A DNA stretch of 64,000 nucleotides from an uncultured Chloroflexia bacterium (GTDB lineage: Bacteria > Chloroflexota > Limnocylindria > Limnocylindrales > CSP1-4): assembly GCA_963713975.1 (NCBI GenBank), contig OY970218.1:3360001-3424000 (forward strand), given 5' to 3'. A program made the translations under genes and the position numbers. Below, one piece after another: positions 29,502 to 39,386 of the stretch. Position 1 is the first letter of the stretch. Every line of letters starts with the position of its first letter. A model generated the notes under the pieces. It was not told the DNA's origin. It saw only the letters and a list, made by a program, of their open reading frames with translations, and did not search any database.

Positions 29502-31436
29502 TCATGAGGCGGTGACCGCCGGCCGGGCGAGGAGCCGGGTCTGGTCCCGGCGCTTGTCCAGCGACCGGCGCTGCTCGTTGAGGAGTCGTCGTTCGAGCAT
29601 CAGCCGCTCGACGCCGACCGTGTCGCTCTCACGCTCGGCCTCCGCGGTGGCGTCGCGGTTGAAGCTGCTGCGCTCCTGCCACTCCACGTCGTCGAGCTCC
29701 AGCATCAGGCGCTCGATGTCGTAGGCGAGCGCACGATCGCCCAGGTCCCGCGGGTTCGGCCCGGGACGCGAGATGAGCGCCTGGCCCAGGGCCCGGCTCT
29801 CCTCGTCCAGCCCGTCGAGGATCGCGGCCAGCGAGAAGGGCGGGCGGACCCCGTGGTCGTCGCGGGTGCGGGCCACGACGATCGCGCGATACAGCTCCCG
29901 AGCGACCTGGCTCGGCATCCGGTCCGGTCCCAGGCCGTCGAGCAGGGCGTCATGCGCCTCGGGCACCAGGAGGGCCAGCCGCAGCAGCTCCTGCTCCGTG
30001 CGCGAGACCCCGCGCAGGATCTCCGTCACGGGCAGCGCGTCCGGGGCGTGGGTCACGGCGGCCGCGGTGAAGCGGTCACCGCCGGAGCGGGCGTCGTGCT
30101 CGCGGTCGCGGCGGCGGTGCATCGCCTCGAGCAGCGTCCGCTCCTCCACTCCCGACACCTGGCGCACCCGCCCCAGGTAGGCGTCGCGGAGCACCGGGTT
30201 CGGCAGGTTGCGGATGATCGGCAGCACGGCATCGACGAACCGCGCCTGGCCGCCGGGCGTGCGGAGGTCGTGGGCGCGGGCATGAACGTCGATCAGGTAG
30301 TCCACGATCGGGCGGGCCGTGCGCACCTCCTCGCGCCACCGGTCCGGCTCGTCGCGCATCACCTCGTCGGGGTCCAGGCCCTCGGGGAGGCGGACCACCC
30401 GGACGTCGTCCAGCTCCACCCCGGATTCGTCACCCGCCAGCTGCCGGATCACCTCTTCCAGGGCGGTCGCGCCGAACGTGCCCGCCTTCTGGCCCGCGGC
30501 GTCGACGTCATAGGCGAGGGCGATCCGCTTCGCATAGCGCGTGATCAGCGCCACCTGCTGCGGCGTGAGCGCCGTGCCGAGGCTGGCGACCACGTTCTCG
30601 AAGCCGGCCTGGTGGGCCATCAGGGCGTCGGTGTAGCCCTCGACGATCACCGCCTGGCCCGTCTTGCGGATCGCCGTCTTGGCCCGGTCCACGAGGTACA
30701 GCGTCCGGCTCTTGTCGAACAGCGGCGTGGCCGGCGAGTTGAGGTACTTGGGTCCCCGATCAACGCCGTCCTCGCCCTCCTTGCCCAGGATCCGCCCACC
30801 CAGGCCCACGGGGTGCCCGTTCGTGTCCCGGATCGGGAAGATCACGCGCTCCCGGAAGCGGTCGTACACGCCGCCACCGCGCTGGCGCGGGCTCGCCAGG
30901 CCCACCTCGAGCAGCTCGGCCGGGTTGACCTGGCGCTTGGCCGCGAGCTGGCGGACGAGGGTGTCCCAGCCACCCGGGGCCCAGCCCAGCTGGTGCCTCG
31001 CGATCGTGTCGTCGGTGAACCCGCGTCCGCGGAGGTAGTCGAGGGCCGGCTCGCCCGTCTTCGATCCGGTCAGCACCGCGTGGTAGAAGGCGATCGCGCC
31101 CTCCAGGACCGTGCGCAGGCGGGCGTTGTGGGCGTCCTCGCGCTTCGTGCGCTCGTCCACCTCCACGCCGGCACGGCCGGCGAGCACCTTGAGCGCCTCC
31201 GGGAACGAGAGCGACTCCCGCTCCATGACGAAGGTGAAGATGTCGCCGTGCTTGCCACAGCCGAAGCAGTGCCACGTGTCGCGGGCGGGCGTCACCACGA
31301 AGGAGGGCGTCTTCTCGCCGTGGAACGGGCACAGCCCCTTGAGGGTGGTCCCCGCCTTCTTCAGCTGGACCGTCTCACCCACCACGTCCGCGACAGGCAG
31401 GCGGCCCTTGATCTCGGCGACGACGCCGACGGCCAA
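29502..31436 (-). CDS. dnaG: DNA primase
   Basis: CPFHGEKTPSF..CFGC zinc finger, KYLNSP, VEGYTD TOPRIM; upstream of rpoD. Confidence 0.97.
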   Translation of the reverse strand: MAVGVVAEIKGRLPVADVVGETVQLKKAGTTLKGLCPFHGEKTPSFVVTPARDTWHCFGCGKHGDIFTFVMERESLSFPEALKVLAGRAGVEVDERTKREDAHNARLRTVLEGAIAFYHAVLTGSKTGEPALDYLRGRGFTDDTIARHQLGWAPGGWDTLVRQLAAKRQVNPAELLEVGLASPRQRGGGVYDRFRERVIFPIRDTNGHPVGLGGRILGKEGEDGVDRGPKYLNSPATPLFDKSRTLYLVDRAKTAIRKTGQAVIVEGYTDALMAHQAGFENVVASLGTALTPQQVALITRYAKRIALAYDVDAAGQKAGTFGATALEEVIRQLAGDESGVELDDVRVVRLPEGLDPDEVMRDEPDRWREEVRTARPIVDYLIDVHARAHDLRTPGGQARFVDAVLPIIRNLPNPVLRDAYLGRVRQVSGVEERTLLEAMHRRRDREHDARSGGDRFTAAAVTHAPDALPVTEILRGVSRTEQELLRLALLVPEAHDALLDGLGPDRMPSQVARELYRAIVVARTRDDHGVRPPFSLAAILDGLDEESRALGQALISRPGPNPRDLGDRALAYDIERLMLELDDVEWQERSSFNRDATAEAERESDTVGVERLMLERRLLNEQRRSLDKRRDQTRLLARPAVTAS

Positions 31437-31485
31437 TCGCAGGCCCTCCCCGGCTCCCGAAGGTGCTCCCGGCGGAAATGACTAC

Positions 31486-31565
31486 GGACCTGTCAAGTCT
31501 TGACAGGTCCCGATTGGGCCCGAGGTTACCCCCGGTCAGGGGGCTTGACAAGAAATCCCGTCAAG
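31486..31565 (-). promoter_or_regulatory. dnaG-rpoD promoter with TTGAC/GTCAA inverted-repeat operator-like sites
   Basis: Minus-strand TTGTCA-N17-TAACCT; perfect palindrome GGACCTGTCAAG-T-CTTGACAGGTCC (31486-31510); CTTGAC-N10-GTCAAG (31544-31565). Confidence 0.6.
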
Positions 31566-31592
31566 TGCCGGGGGCGGGCAGACGACCTTCCC

Positions 31593-34500
31593 TCAGCGAA
31601 TGACAACGAACCCGTCGACGTCCACGCGGGCATGCTTCGGCGTGCCAACCACCTCGACGCGGACCGCGTGGCTGCCGGCGCTGGCCCACGACCGCGTGAA
31701 CACGACGCGGCGTGTCCCGGGGGCCGTGGCGTGCAGGTTGACGGTCGTGGCGAGCCGGCCGTCCACGTAGATTCGCGCCTTGCCGCGCCCCGGCCCGACG
31801 GCGGCGACCCAGGCCACCCGACGGCCGGTGAACCGGAACGTGGCGCGTGCGCCGGCCGCGGTCGACCAGTGGGTGGAGCGGCCGACATACCGGCTGCTCC
31901 TCGAGATGTGCCAGCTGCCGCGGTACGTCACGGCGGAGGCGCCGTCGGCGTACGCCTTGACGCGGAATGTCCGGCCGTAGGCCCACGCCGACCGATGCCC
32001 GGCGGGGTCGATGGCCTGGACGGCAAACCGGTACGTGTGTCCGGGCGCCAGCGTCCCCCGAGCCGTCGCCCGCGTGACGCCCGTGGCCCAGGCCGCGAAC
32101 GGCCCGCCGTCGACCGAGCGGCGCATGTCGTAGCGCACCTCGCCGGCCTGGGTGTCGCTGCCCTCCCACGTGAGGTCGACGGGCACGGCGGCGCCGGTCG
32201 AGGCCCGGGCCCGGGCAATCGACTCCACCGGTGAGGACACGACGGGGACAGCGAGATCCACGATCACCTGCCTGGCGGGCGAGGTCGCGAGGACGGCCCC
32301 GGACGGCCCGAGCGCCTGCACGCGCCACAACCAGGTTCCGGACGGATAAGCCCCGAGCGGCGCCCACTGGCGCTGCCCGGTGACCACCGACTCGCGCGGA
32401 CTGCCGAACGACGCGTCGTCGTCCGCCTGCAGGCGGTAGGCGGCCGCACCGGCGACGGTCCCCCACGCGAACTGGACGATCCCGGTGGCCGAGACCTCGC
32501 CGGAGGCGGGTTGCAGCAGCACCGCAGCGGCCGGCGGCCCGATGGTGAACGTGGCCGGAGCACCCCACGACGAGGCACTGCCGCTGAGGATCGATCGCAC
32601 GTGCCAGGTGTACGTGCCCGCCGCGAGCTCGTCGAACGGCGCGTACGCGGCCTCGTGGGTGGTTGCCTGCAGCACCCGGGCTGCCGGAACGGCCGCGGTG
32701 CCGGCGAAGACCTCGACCTCGTAGGTGTCGGAGAAGGCGGCCGGCACCCACGCGAGCAGCGGGGTCTGCGCGACGGCCGTGCCGCTCGGGGGATTCACGG
32801 GATTGGGTCCCGCCCACTCGATGGTGATCGATCGGGATGCGTGTGCGGTCGGCCGCCCGCTCCCGGCATGCGCCCAGAGCTCCCACGTCCACGTGCCGGG
32901 CGGCAGCACCCAGGTCCGGGTCGGGGCGCCGCCGAGCTGGCTGGCCGTCCCGTTCTCCGGAGAGCCGATCAGGGCCGGGTGGTAGGCGAATGCCTCCGTC
33001 CGGGGCGTGCCGATCGAACCCGTGGTCGCGGGCGCCTGGAGCAGGTCCTTCCAGGCGAGGGTCACCTGGGGCCCTGCCACGATCTCGCCCTCGGCGGGCG
33101 AGATCATCAAGGGTGCCGGCAGGGTGAGCAGGAAGAGGTGCGTGGCACCGTCGCTGCAGCGCTGCTCCACGCACGCACTGACGTCCCATTCGGCCGATCC
33201 CGCGGGCGAGCCAGAGACGGGGCCCAGGATGTCCACGATCGGCTGGATGCTGGTGCCCGGGGTCGCGGCGCCCAGCATGCCGCCTCCCGTCCCCCGGTAC
33301 CCGACCGTGTAGCCGGTCGCGCCGGTAACGGGCTGCCAGGACAACCGAGGCGTGTCGGCGTAGACCGCGCATCCAGCGGCCACGCAGTCGGCGGGCGAGG
33401 TGATCTCAGGAGCCGGAAGTCGGTCCAGGACGAAGGTCGAGGGTGCGCCGCGCGCGACCACGTCGCCCGCGGCGTCGAACGCGAGGACCACCCACGTGTG
33501 CTGGTGCGCGTCCAGGTCGCCGGTCGGGTAGGTCCACACCGGGAAGGTGAGGGCAGGGCTCCACGAGTTCTCCAGGTCATCCGGCAGGACGTCCGGCAGT
33601 CCCCGGTAGACGCGGTAGTGGTCGGCGCCGACAACCGGGGTCCAGGAGAGCGTCGGCGTCACGAGCGAGTGGCTGCCATCGGGAGGGCCAGCAGGGTCGG
33701 GCGCGGCCGCCGTGGGGGTGATCGGCTGGATGGAGAACGATCGCTCGGCCGACCGCCAGGCGACGGTGTCGGCATCACCACCCGGGAGCGCGACCCGCTC
33801 CACGTACCAGGTGAACGGGCCGTCGGAGGGATCGAGTGGCGCCTCGGGCGTGTACGTGCCGGCCCAGGTGAGCCTCCGGGCGACGATGTCGCCGCCCGCA
33901 TCCTCGACGGTGACCCGCATGGGGTGCCCTCCGGCGGCATTCCATGCCAGCGTGGGAACGTGGACGATCTCCCCGTCGGCAGGCACCAGGAGCGTGGCAA
34001 CCGGCGGGTCCCAGGTGAAGGTCCGCACGACCGACCAGCCGCTCGCGGGCAGGCCCGGCAGGTGGACGATGTCGGTGTCGATACCGCGGACGCGCCAGTG
34101 GTAGGTGGTCCCCTTGACCAGGACGTACGGGGCGATCTGCTCCGCGGTCGTGACGTCCAGCGCCGGCTCCGTGGTTGCATAGTCGGCGACGCCCGTGCCG
34201 AAGCCGGCATCGGCGGAAACCTGCACCGCGTAGTGCGACGCACGGAGCGACGGGGTCCACGCCAGGGTGACCACCGCGCCCGTCACCGTCCCGTCCGCGG
34301 GCGCGAGCGGCATGGGCGGGTCGCTCATGGTCCGGGTAACGAGGCGCGGCGCCGTCCACGGCCCGGGAGGATCCGCCGGGTTCCCGGAAACCGCGCGCAC
34401 GCGCCACGCGAGCGTCGTCCCGGCCGGGACAACGGGATCCTCGACGAGGAAACGGGTGGCGGTTGTGGCGTAGGAGCGGGCGGCCGCGGCCCCCCAGTCC

Positions 34501-35297
34501 GGGTCCGGACCGGGCGTCACCTCGACGTCATACCCGGCCGCCCCGGGCATCGGGTCCCAGGCTACCTCGATGTCACGTACCGCGGCGCCGTCCCGCGGCT
34601 CGAGGCCGGTCGGCACACCGGCCGAGGCGGCGCTGAAGGATCGGACGGCCGACCACGGCCCGGTCGCCACGCCGTTGCGGGCCACGGCTCGCACCCGCCA
34701 GGAGTACGAGACGCCCGGCAGCGCGAAGGTGGCGACGAGCTGCGTGGTGCGGGTCAGTGCCGGGAACGGGTCGCCCAGGGCAGGGTTGTCGGCCAGCTGA
34801 ACCTCGTAGGAGGCCGCCCCGCCCACCGGCGTCCACGCGAGGACGGGCACCGCAGGATGCTCGAATGCCGCCCCATCCGCCGGCGTCACCTGGACCGGGG
34901 CCGCGAGGGACGGGGCCTTGACGAACGTCGACACCGCCCAGGGCCCGCGCGCTCCGCCCTCATCCATGGCCACGCGCCAGTGCCACGTCCCGGGATCCAG
35001 GTCGAGCTCCGGCGTTGCGGCCGTGTTGGAGGTGATGACGTCATACACCGGGTCCGCGAAGGTCCCATCGGCCGCCACCTGGACCGCGTAGTGGCCGGCG
35101 CCATAGATGCCGGTCCAGGTGAGCTCGGGCTCGACGACCGACGAGGCGCCGGCCAGCGGCGCGGTGATCACCGGGGCCTCGATCGGCGTCGCGGCCGCCG
35201 AGGCCGGGATCCCCGGTGCGAGCAGCCCGAGCCCGACAAGCATCGAGACGAGGGCCGTTGCTGCGGGTCGCGAGCGACGGGATCGGTGAGCCGGCAT
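31593..35297 (-). CDS. Large secreted protein with about ten FN3/Ig-like repeats
   Basis: Signal peptide; recurrent P..G..P.L.W.PV.GA..Y.V / Y.WRVRA..G.WS..F units; basic C-terminal beta domain. Confidence 0.85.
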   Translation of the reverse strand: MPAHRSRRSRPAATALVSMLVGLGLLAPGIPASAAATPIEAPVITAPLAGASSVVEPELTWTGIYGAGHYAVQVAADGTFADPVYDVITSNTAATPELDLDPGTWHWRVAMDEGGARGPWAVSTFVKAPSLAAPVQVTPADGAAFEHPAVPVLAWTPVGGAASYEVQLADNPALGDPFPALTRTTQLVATFALPGVSYSWRVRAVARNGVATGPWSAVRSFSAASAGVPTGLEPRDGAAVRDIEVAWDPMPGAAGYDVEVTPGPDPDWGAAAARSYATTATRFLVEDPVVPAGTTLAWRVRAVSGNPADPPGPWTAPRLVTRTMSDPPMPLAPADGTVTGAVVTLAWTPSLRASHYAVQVSADAGFGTGVADYATTEPALDVTTAEQIAPYVLVKGTTYHWRVRGIDTDIVHLPGLPASGWSVVRTFTWDPPVATLLVPADGEIVHVPTLAWNAAGGHPMRVTVEDAGGDIVARRLTWAGTYTPEAPLDPSDGPFTWYVERVALPGGDADTVAWRSAERSFSIQPITPTAAAPDPAGPPDGSHSLVTPTLSWTPVVGADHYRVYRGLPDVLPDDLENSWSPALTFPVWTYPTGDLDAHQHTWVVLAFDAAGDVVARGAPSTFVLDRLPAPEITSPADCVAAGCAVYADTPRLSWQPVTGATGYTVGYRGTGGGMLGAATPGTSIQPIVDILGPVSGSPAGSAEWDVSACVEQRCSDGATHLFLLTLPAPLMISPAEGEIVAGPQVTLAWKDLLQAPATTGSIGTPRTEAFAYHPALIGSPENGTASQLGGAPTRTWVLPPGTWTWELWAHAGSGRPTAHASRSITIEWAGPNPVNPPSGTAVAQTPLLAWVPAAFSDTYEVEVFAGTAAVPAARVLQATTHEAAYAPFDELAAGTYTWHVRSILSGSASSWGAPATFTIGPPAAAVLLQPASGEVSATGIVQFAWGTVAGAAAYRLQADDDASFGSPRESVVTGQRQWAPLGAYPSGTWLWRVQALGPSGAVLATSPARQVIVDLAVPVVSSPVESIARARASTGAAVPVDLTWEGSDTQAGEVRYDMRRSVDGGPFAAWATGVTRATARGTLAPGHTYRFAVQAIDPAGHRSAWAYGRTFRVKAYADGASAVTYRGSWHISRSSRYVGRSTHWSTAAGARATFRFTGRRVAWVAAVGPGRGKARIYVDGRLATTVNLHATAPGTRRVVFTRSWASAGSHAVRVEVVGTPKHARVDVDGFVVIR

Positions 35298-35347
35298 GAC
35301 GGATCCTCCCGGGCCGGACGCAACCGCAACTGTACTTCCCGAGGACG

Positions 35348-36217
35348 TCACGGGGCGAGCTTCCACACGTAGCTCGTGAGCGGGACTCCGTTCGGCGTCG
35401 TCTCGGCCCGGACCCGCGCACTGTCGCCGGGCTTGTGGCACACCACGGCGATCTGGGCCGTGTTGACCTTCCAGCGCGTCTCCCACCAGATCACGTGGTA
35501 CTCGTGCTCCCCGACGACGATGTAGGGCTCCACGTCACCGTCAGGGTTCTTCCATGTCATGCGCACGTCGTAGGCCCACGTTTCCCAGCCCTTGCTGGCG
35601 CACACGTCTCCGATATCGGTCGGAATGTCGGTGCGCGACATCAGGAGTGTCGCGCCGTGGACGGTGAGGGGCGACCCGAGCGAGCCGCTCCCGACATAGG
35701 TCCGAGGGGTTGGCTCCTCCTCGCCACCTGGCTGCGGCTCCCTGGTCGGCTTGGACGTCGGCTCGGAGGTGGGCTTCGCGGTGGGCTTGTCAGTAGGGTC
35801 CGGGGTGGGCTTGCCGGTGGGCTCCGGGATGGGTTCCGGGGTGGGTTCAGGGGTCGGCGATGGCGGGGTCGGCGACTCCGCTGCCGGCTCGGGCACGGGC
35901 GACGGCGATTCGAGCGTTGACGCGATACCCTCCGCCGGGACGACGACCGAGGGCAGGGCAGGCGTCGCAGCAGGAGCGCCGCCCGGCCGGCCGGCGAGGA
36001 CGATGGCGGCGACGGCCGCGACCACGAGCGTGGCGCCAACCGTTCCCGTGGCCCCCCAGGTCCGCCGCCATCGCCCCGTTCCCGTTGGAGCCCCTGCGGC
36101 AATCAGGCGCTCGACCCTGACGTCAAGAGCGGTGAGGCGGCCGGGAGCCGGATCCTCGCGGAGGAGCTGCTCGAGGTCCCGCTCGAGGTCCTGCTCAAAG
36201 CCATCACGGCCGCTCAT
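35348..36217 (-). CDS. Putative anti-sigma-like membrane protein with Pro-rich stalk
   Basis: Overlaps the ECF sigma gene end; short cytoplasmic N-terminus, one TM, PTPEP/KPT repeats, small extracellular domain. Confidence 0.6.
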   Translation of the reverse strand: MSGRDGFEQDLERDLEQLLREDPAPGRLTALDVRVERLIAAGAPTGTGRWRRTWGATGTVGATLVVAAVAAIVLAGRPGGAPAATPALPSVVVPAEGIASTLESPSPVPEPAAESPTPPSPTPEPTPEPIPEPTGKPTPDPTDKPTAKPTSEPTSKPTREPQPGGEEEPTPRTYVGSGSLGSPLTVHGATLLMSRTDIPTDIGDVCASKGWETWAYDVRMTWKNPDGDVEPYIVVGEHEYHVIWWETRWKVNTAQIAVVCHKPGDSARVRAETTPNGVPLTSYVWKLAP

Positions 36218-36749
36218 CGAGCACCTCCCGGAGGCGCGCCAAGCCGCGCTCGATCAACTTCTGCGTGGCGTCTTCGCGCTTGCCGATGACCTCGCCGATC
36301 TCCCGCGCGGACAGGCCGACGCCATACCGGAGCACGATCGCATCTCGGGTCGTGTCCGGCAGGCCCGCAAGAGCCGTCCGCAGCACTTCGGCGCGCTCGC
36401 GCGCCAGGAATCCGGGCTCGGGACCCGGATCCGTGGGCACGATCGATGTGATCTGCCTGACGGCAACGCGACGCACCGCGCGCCGGCGAGACTGATCGAT
36501 GGTGGCGTTGCGCGCCGTCCGCAGGAGCCACGGCAGCCCAATCTCGCGGGTCGGGTCACGTCCCAGCTGCGCAAATGCCCGCTCGAACACGACGGCCGAG
36601 GTCTCGAGCGCGTCCTCCTCCGTGGGGCTGACGGCATGGAGGTAGCGGACGACGGAACCGCGGTGCGTGACGTACAGCCGCTCGAGCGCCGCCGACGGCG
36701 TCTGCGTCAAGCCTCGTCCCCTCGCTGCATCCGTGATCGCGACCAGCAT
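36204..36749 (-). CDS. ECF RNA polymerase sigma factor
   Basis: VFERAF, WLLRTARNATID, LAGLP..RDAIVLRYGVGLSAREIG, RGLARLR. Confidence 0.88.
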   Translation of the reverse strand: MLVAITDAARGRGLTQTPSAALERLYVTHRGSVVRYLHAVSPTEEDALETSAVVFERAFAQLGRDPTREIGLPWLLRTARNATIDQSRRRAVRRVAVRQITSIVPTDPGPEPGFLARERAEVLRTALAGLPDTTRDAIVLRYGVGLSAREIGEVIGKREDATQKLIERGLARLREVLDERP

Positions 36750-37017
36750 GCCCCACATCCGTGCGTTGCTGACCTGTAAACGCACAACCCGTGTCGAACC
36801 GGACATGCGCACAAGGCCGCCGCAGGCCAGGATCATCCTTGAGGTCAGCGAGAACGGTCGGTGGGCCTGCCGGGCCGCGCTGGCTCGGATCCGGCCGAGT
36901 GGCAGTCGTCGGCGGCATCCACCATCCGGCACACTGCTGTGGCGGCGGCGGCCAGGCACACGGACGCCGCACAGACCCGCGGACGAACGGGCTGCGGAAC
37001 TAGGCAGGAGGCACCGG

Positions 37018-37923
37018 ATGGACGCACGGCTCGAACGCATCGGGCGGCTGGCGGCGGTGGCCCGCGGGCTGGAGCGCGAGGGCGCGTACAACGGCGCGAA
37101 GCTGGTCCGGGTGGCGCTCCAGCGGGAGCTGGTCCGATTTGCCGAGGTCGAGTCCCCGGCCGGTGGCGATGCGGCGGCCGCGGCTGTCGAGGCAATGGTC
37201 ACCGACCTTGGCTCCGACCTCCCGGCCGCGTTGCTGCCGCCCCTCCGGGCGGTGGGGCCCGCGGTCCGCGAGGGCCGGACGATCTCCCTCGACGACGCCC
37301 CACGGGCCCGGATCTGCCGGGTGTGCGGGGCGGTCTTCCTGGGCGACGCGGTACCGCCCGCCTGCCCGACCTGCGAGGCTCCCGCCCTCTCGTTCCACGA
37401 GGAGCTCCCGGTCTGGTACCTGGAGCCGGCGGACCGTGGCGCGATCCTCGCCGCCCTTGCCGCCGGGCCCCGCCACCTCGACGCCGCCCTGGCCGGCCGC
37501 ACGGACGATGCCCTGGCCCGACCGCCCGCCGCGGGCGCCTGGTCGGCCGCCCAAACGCTCGAGCACCTCCTGTTCGTGGAGGAGCTGTTCGCGGGGCGGA
37601 TCGACCGACTCCTCACCGAGACGGAGCCCGACCTCGCGGCGGCCGCCGTGTGGGCGGATACGCCGGCATCGGACGAGGGGACGGCGGCGACCGGCGAGAC
37701 GGCCGGGACCCTCGCCAGGCGGATCCGCGATCTGCGCCACGCTGCGGTTGACCGCCTCGCCGCCCTCGACGACGTGGACTGGGGTCGTGCCGGCCGCCAC
37801 CCGGAATGGGGCCGCGTGACGGTCCTCTCGCAGGCGGCCTACTTCGCCCGCCACGAGGCGTCGCACCTGGCCCAGCTCGTCGCCGCCGCAGACGGTCGCG
37901 TGCCCGGCAAGGGACGCTCCTGA
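37018..37923 (+). CDS. DinB family protein with rubredoxin-like zinc ribbon
   Basis: CRVCG..CPTC; WSAAQTLEHL; HPEWG; HEASHLAQL; GGAGG SD. Confidence 0.8.
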   Translation: MDARLERIGRLAAVARGLEREGAYNGAKLVRVALQRELVRFAEVESPAGGDAAAAAVEAMVTDLGSDLPAALLPPLRAVGPAVREGRTISLDDAPRARICRVCGAVFLGDAVPPACPTCEAPALSFHEELPVWYLEPADRGAILAALAAGPRHLDAALAGRTDDALARPPAAGAWSAAQTLEHLLFVEELFAGRIDRLLTETEPDLAAAAVWADTPASDEGTAATGETAGTLARRIRDLRHAAVDRLAALDDVDWGRAGRHPEWGRVTVLSQAAYFARHEASHLAQLVAAADGRVPGKGRS

Positions 37924-38032
37924 CCCGGCGGGCTGAGGACGACCCGGGCGATCTCTCTGCCGTCCTGACTGATGATCGCGGGGACCTGGAGCCATAGTCT
38001 GGCTCCAGCACTCGAGCCGCGGGTGCGCCGCG

Positions 38033-38180
38033 GGGCGGTTCAACCATCGGGTGCGGTGCGGTTTGCGCCGTCTGGCGGCACGGCTGTCGGCTGGACAGGG
38101 CTCGGGAGGCGACGAATGTGCCGCCCGGCGGCTGAAACCTCGGTCCGCCCGACCATGGAGTCGCTGGGCGGCACAGATGG
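38033..38180 (+). repeat. Intergenic repeat, copy 1 (MITE/REP-like)
   Basis: Shares TCGGGTGCG..CGGTTTGCGCCG.CTGGCGGCACG.CTGTCGGCTGGAC.GGGC.CGGGAG with 39239-39386. Confidence 0.75.
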
Positions 38181-38200
38181 GGTGAGCTGGCCCGGGGCAA

Positions 38201-38234
38201 CGAGAAAGGCCGGCCCCGGATCGGGGGCCGGCCT
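38201..38234 (-). terminator. Intrinsic terminator of the SHOCT gene
   Basis: AGGCCGGCCCC/GGGGCCGGCCT stem followed by TTCTCGTT on minus strand. Confidence 0.6.
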
Positions 38235-38269
38235 CGCTTGGTTGCGAAGGGATCGCGATGGGCTCGCGA

Positions 38270-38629
38270 TCAGGCCAGCAGCTTGGCCTTGAGGGAGTCG
38301 TACTCGGGGATCGTGATCGCGCCGGCGTCGCGCAGCTGGGCGAGCTTGGCGAGCTCGTCCGCCGTGGACACCTGCGACGCCGCGGTCGTTGCGGCCTGGG
38401 CCTGGGTCATCATCTGCACGTCCTGGGCCGTGACCTTGGGCCGGGCGATGATGTAGATCAGGCAGCCGAGGAACGGGATGATGAAGATCACGAAGATCCA
38501 CACGGCCTTCATGCCGCCGTGGATGTCGTTGCGGCGGAAGATGTCCGTGAAGATGGAGATGAAGATCCAGATCGCCATCACCCAGAAGAAGAAGACGATC
38601 ATCGCCATGATCCATTCAGTAAAGTTCAT
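38270..38629 (-). CDS. PLDc_N plus SHOCT domain membrane protein
   Basis: DIFRRNDI.G.KAVW..IPFLG.LIY; ADELAKLAQLRDAGAIT..EYDSLKAKLL. Confidence 0.88.
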   Translation of the reverse strand: MNFTEWIMAMIVFFFWVMAIWIFISIFTDIFRRNDIHGGMKAVWIFVIFIIPFLGCLIYIIARPKVTAQDVQMMTQAQAATTAASQVSTADELAKLAQLRDAGAITIPEYDSLKAKLLA

Positions 38630-38825
38630 ATACCTCACCTAACCTCGGCACGGAGGCGTCTTCCCTCCGATGTGGAGCCCCATTGTGCTGTACGAGCCGC
38701 CTGAATGCGAGTGGGAGCGGCGGCACAAGGTCGGAGGTGCATGTCCGCCGCGTCGGACGCGGCCCGCTTGCCGGATCGGCTAGACACCGGTTCGGCCGTT
38801 CACGATGGCGAGCATGGAGGATTGG

Positions 38826-39149
38826 ATGACTGCATACGGGTATATCGAGAACCTACGGGCGGAGGTCAACGTGCCCTCCGGCGGGATCCTCAGCAGGACG
38901 CTGTACGAGGACGAACGGCTGTCGCTCGTGATCTTCGCCTTCGACACGGGTGAAGAGCTGACGGAGCACACGTCGGCGTTCGCCGCCCAGATCGAGATCC
39001 TGGACGGAACAGCCGACGTGGTGCTCGACGACGAGGCGCGTTCGGTCGGCGCCGGCGCCTGGATCGCCATGCCTCCCGGGATGCGCCATGCGATCAGGGC
39101 TACGACTCCGCTCGTGATGGTCCTCACGCTGCTCCGCGGGACCGGCTGA
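38826..39149 (+). CDS. Cupin domain protein
   Basis: FAFDTGEELTEHTS..MPPGMRHAI. Confidence 0.88.
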   Translation: MTAYGYIENLRAEVNVPSGGILSRTLYEDERLSLVIFAFDTGEELTEHTSAFAAQIEILDGTADVVLDDEARSVGAGAWIAMPPGMRHAIRATTPLVMVLTLLRGTG

Positions 39150-39238
39150 CCGACCCGGGCGAGGGTCCCACGACGTCGGCCGTGGTTCCAGCCAGTGGCC
39201 AACCGACAGCGGGCACCCGCCCGGTGGGGTGAGCCGCT

Positions 39239-39386
39239 GGGCGGCTCTACGGTCGGGTGCGCGCCGGTTTGCGCCGCCTGGCGGCACGCCTGTCGGCTGG
39301 ACGGGGCACGGGGAGCGACGCCCGTGCCGCTCGGCGGCTGGATCGTGGGCTGACCCGACGGTTGAACCGGTGGGCGGCGCGGATGC
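39239..39386 (+). repeat. Intergenic repeat, copy 2 (MITE/REP-like)
   Basis: Diverged direct copy of 38033-38180. Confidence 0.75.
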
